Shown one piece after another: positions 61,931-64,000 of a DNA stretch of 64,000 bases. Position 1 is the stretch's first letter. Each line of letters begins with the position of its first letter. Where the stretch lies: NCBI GenBank assembly GCA_013239625.1, contig MU053588.1:3438799-3502798 (forward strand), in the 5' to 3' direction. The notes beneath the pieces are model-generated. The model saw nothing but the letters and a program-made list of their open reading frames with translations, was not told the DNA's origin and searched no databases. The position numbers were made by a program, and so were the translations under genes. This stretch comes from Lama guanicoe (lineage: Eukaryota).

Positions 61931-62904
61931 CCGCCGCCGCGCGCGCCCTCGGCCTGGCCCCGGCCTCGCGGGCCGCGCCTGCACGGCCGTCCCACCGGTG
62001 TCCATCTGTCCGCCAGCTCCCTGCATGTCCTCTGTCCGTCCTCCCCTGACACGTGGCCAGTCTCCCCCGCCGTCTGCCTGTCCTCCCCACCCCAGCCCTA
62101 AGTCTGTCCGTCCTTTTCCTGGGACCCCTCCCCCCATCTGTCCACCAGTCTTCTCAACACTCCGCCTTTGTCCGTCTGTCTGACTCCCACCCCACCCCCA
62201 ACACAGGCTAATGCCCTGGCTGGCTGCCTCACGGGTCTTCCCGACGGCCTGTGTGGCTGTCTGTCTGTCCTTCCTGTCATCCCCTGCCTGCATCCTTCCG
62301 CCACCTTCCAGGGGTTACGGGGGAGGGGTGGGGGAGGGGTGGGATGCGATTTGCTCCCCATCCCCCAGCAGACCTGACTCCCCAGGCTCTGGATTCTCTT
62401 CGTGTTCCCCCACGCCCTGGGTGCGGCCTGGGCCAGTTCCAGCCCTGCTCCCCCTGCCACCTTCCTAGGAACTCAGGGCTGCCTGTCCTCCTCCCTGAAC
62501 CCCTCTTAACTGCTTCTCCCCTTCTAGCCTCCCTGCTCCCCTTAACGGCCTCCCCTTCCCTCCCTTCTACCCCACCCTCCCCTCCCTCCCTTCCTAATCC
62601 TCCCTGTGCCAAGCTCTGCCCTCAGGGGGGATCCAGAGGTGAATCAGACACAGGCCTTGCCCTCAGGAGACTTGAGTCAGCCAGGGACCCCCGGGGTGGG
62701 AGTGGGGGTGGCACACTGTGTCAGAAGAAGTTCAGAGCGCCTAGGGGGTAGGGTGGGGGGATGTCAATCAGTGCTGAGAATCAGAGTCTAATCTGCAGTA
62801 GTGTACACAGCAGGGTACTTTAGCCAGGTGGTTAGGAACACAGACAGCCCCCTTCCCCCCAGTTCACCCTCCTCCCGCCCGGCCAGGCTGCCTTGGCCCG
62901 CTTC

Positions 62905-63100
62905 CAACACTAGCTAGCTGAGCAACAGCGGGCAAGGACTTTGGCGTCTCAGTTTCCTCACCTGTAAAATCGGGACGATGCTAATATCAGCACCTTCCTC
63001 ATAGGGCTGTTGCTGAGAGAAGTAAAAGAGTTAATCTGTGTGTAGAGTTTGGGCCAGTGCCTGCTCAGAGCAAATACCATTAACGTGCTCATTGTCATGG
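62905..63100 (+). mobile_element. MIR SINE
   Basis: CTCAGTTTCCTCACCTGTAAAAT..ATAGGGCTGTTG core. Confidence 0.7.
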
Positions 63101-64000
63101 CTCTTGTAACTGTGCACAGACCCTGTTCAGCCCAGGCCCATCCTCCATCCCCCACCTCCACCCGGGAATCTTGTGTTCCTATGGTTCAGGGAGGGCTGTG
63201 GCAGGGGGTAGTTTAGGGAGATAGATTCTTGAGGGGAGGGAGTCAGCTTACACCCTTCCTGGTTTCACCCTCAGTCACCTTTAGTGATGTTCAGGCACCT
63301 GGAGGCCTCTTTCAAGGGTGTTACCTGCAATCTAAAGGGATGAGTTAGCACTCACAGAGGGGTCCTTGCGCTCCTTGGGGGTTTAAAAAGATTCTAATGG
63401 ATGTTACAGACACTAGAGATGTTGTCTCTCCTTCTCGGGTAGTAAGTTCAGTCCACTGGGTGCTACAGGCTGGTAAGGGTATTGTCTCTCTTCCTCTCCC
63501 TCTCTCTTTTGTAGGGGGCATTAAACACCCTGAGGGTGTTCCCTCTCAGCGGGGTGTTAATGATAGTCTTCTGCTATTGCAGCCTCCCCGGGGATGTTAA
63601 GTACAGCTTAATGGTTCCCCTAGTGTGAGATGCTTCCTTCAAGTCAAGTAGGTGTAGGTGATACTGCTAACGAGTAAACACACTGAATACACAGCCGCAG
63701 CGGGTGTCACGCTCCCCCTCTCCTCGGAAATGCGGTACAGCAAGAACTCTGGCTTTTACTGAGCAGCTACTGTGTGCTCACAGAGCAGGACACACTCTGA
63801 TGTCCATCTTCCCAACCACCTGGGGCTCAGAGAGGGAACATAGCTTGCCCAAAGATGCAGAGCCCAAAAGGTGTTACAGAAATCAGGAAGGTGTCTTCTC
63901 TGGAGGGGAGTTCTGAGCAGTCAGATGGGTGATGTACATCAGTGTGACGTACAGCCTATCTGGTCCTGGCCACTGAGGGCATTAGAGCTCTCCTTGGGGT

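Noticed and set aside
55150..64000. Coding exons of ERFL or ARHGEF1, expected next by synteny
   Set aside because: No ETS-domain or RhoGEF peptide seen in any frame; they presumably lie right of the window.

Overview
Mammalian genomic DNA, most likely from a camelid: it carries five tRNA-derived SINEs that match the camelid vic-1 family as I know it. The region is syntenic with human 19q13.2. All three genes lie on the + strand: the last six coding exons of GRIK5 (kainate receptor GluK5, 335-14599); ATP1A3 (Na+/K+-ATPase alpha-3; promoter about 19.0-19.4 kb, exons 2-23 at 23348-38051, about 1014 aa); and the complete RABAC1/PRA1 gene (42294-44808, 185 aa). The start-codon and donor end of ATP1A3 exon 1 is missing or altered in this sequence. 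The last 19 kb has no convincing coding gene. It contains a retrocopy fragment inside an LTR, a duplicated pair of CTCF sites, a ~7-kb strand-biased degenerate ~35-bp tandem array that predates an MLT1 insertion and resembles the MSR1 minisatellite, a CpG island with two assembly gaps, and four AT-rich, CpG-retaining elements that look like deeply conserved developmental enhancers. Exon boundaries were read by hand from GT/AG sites and reading phase. Repeat family names and comparisons with human isoforms are from memory and need database confirmation.
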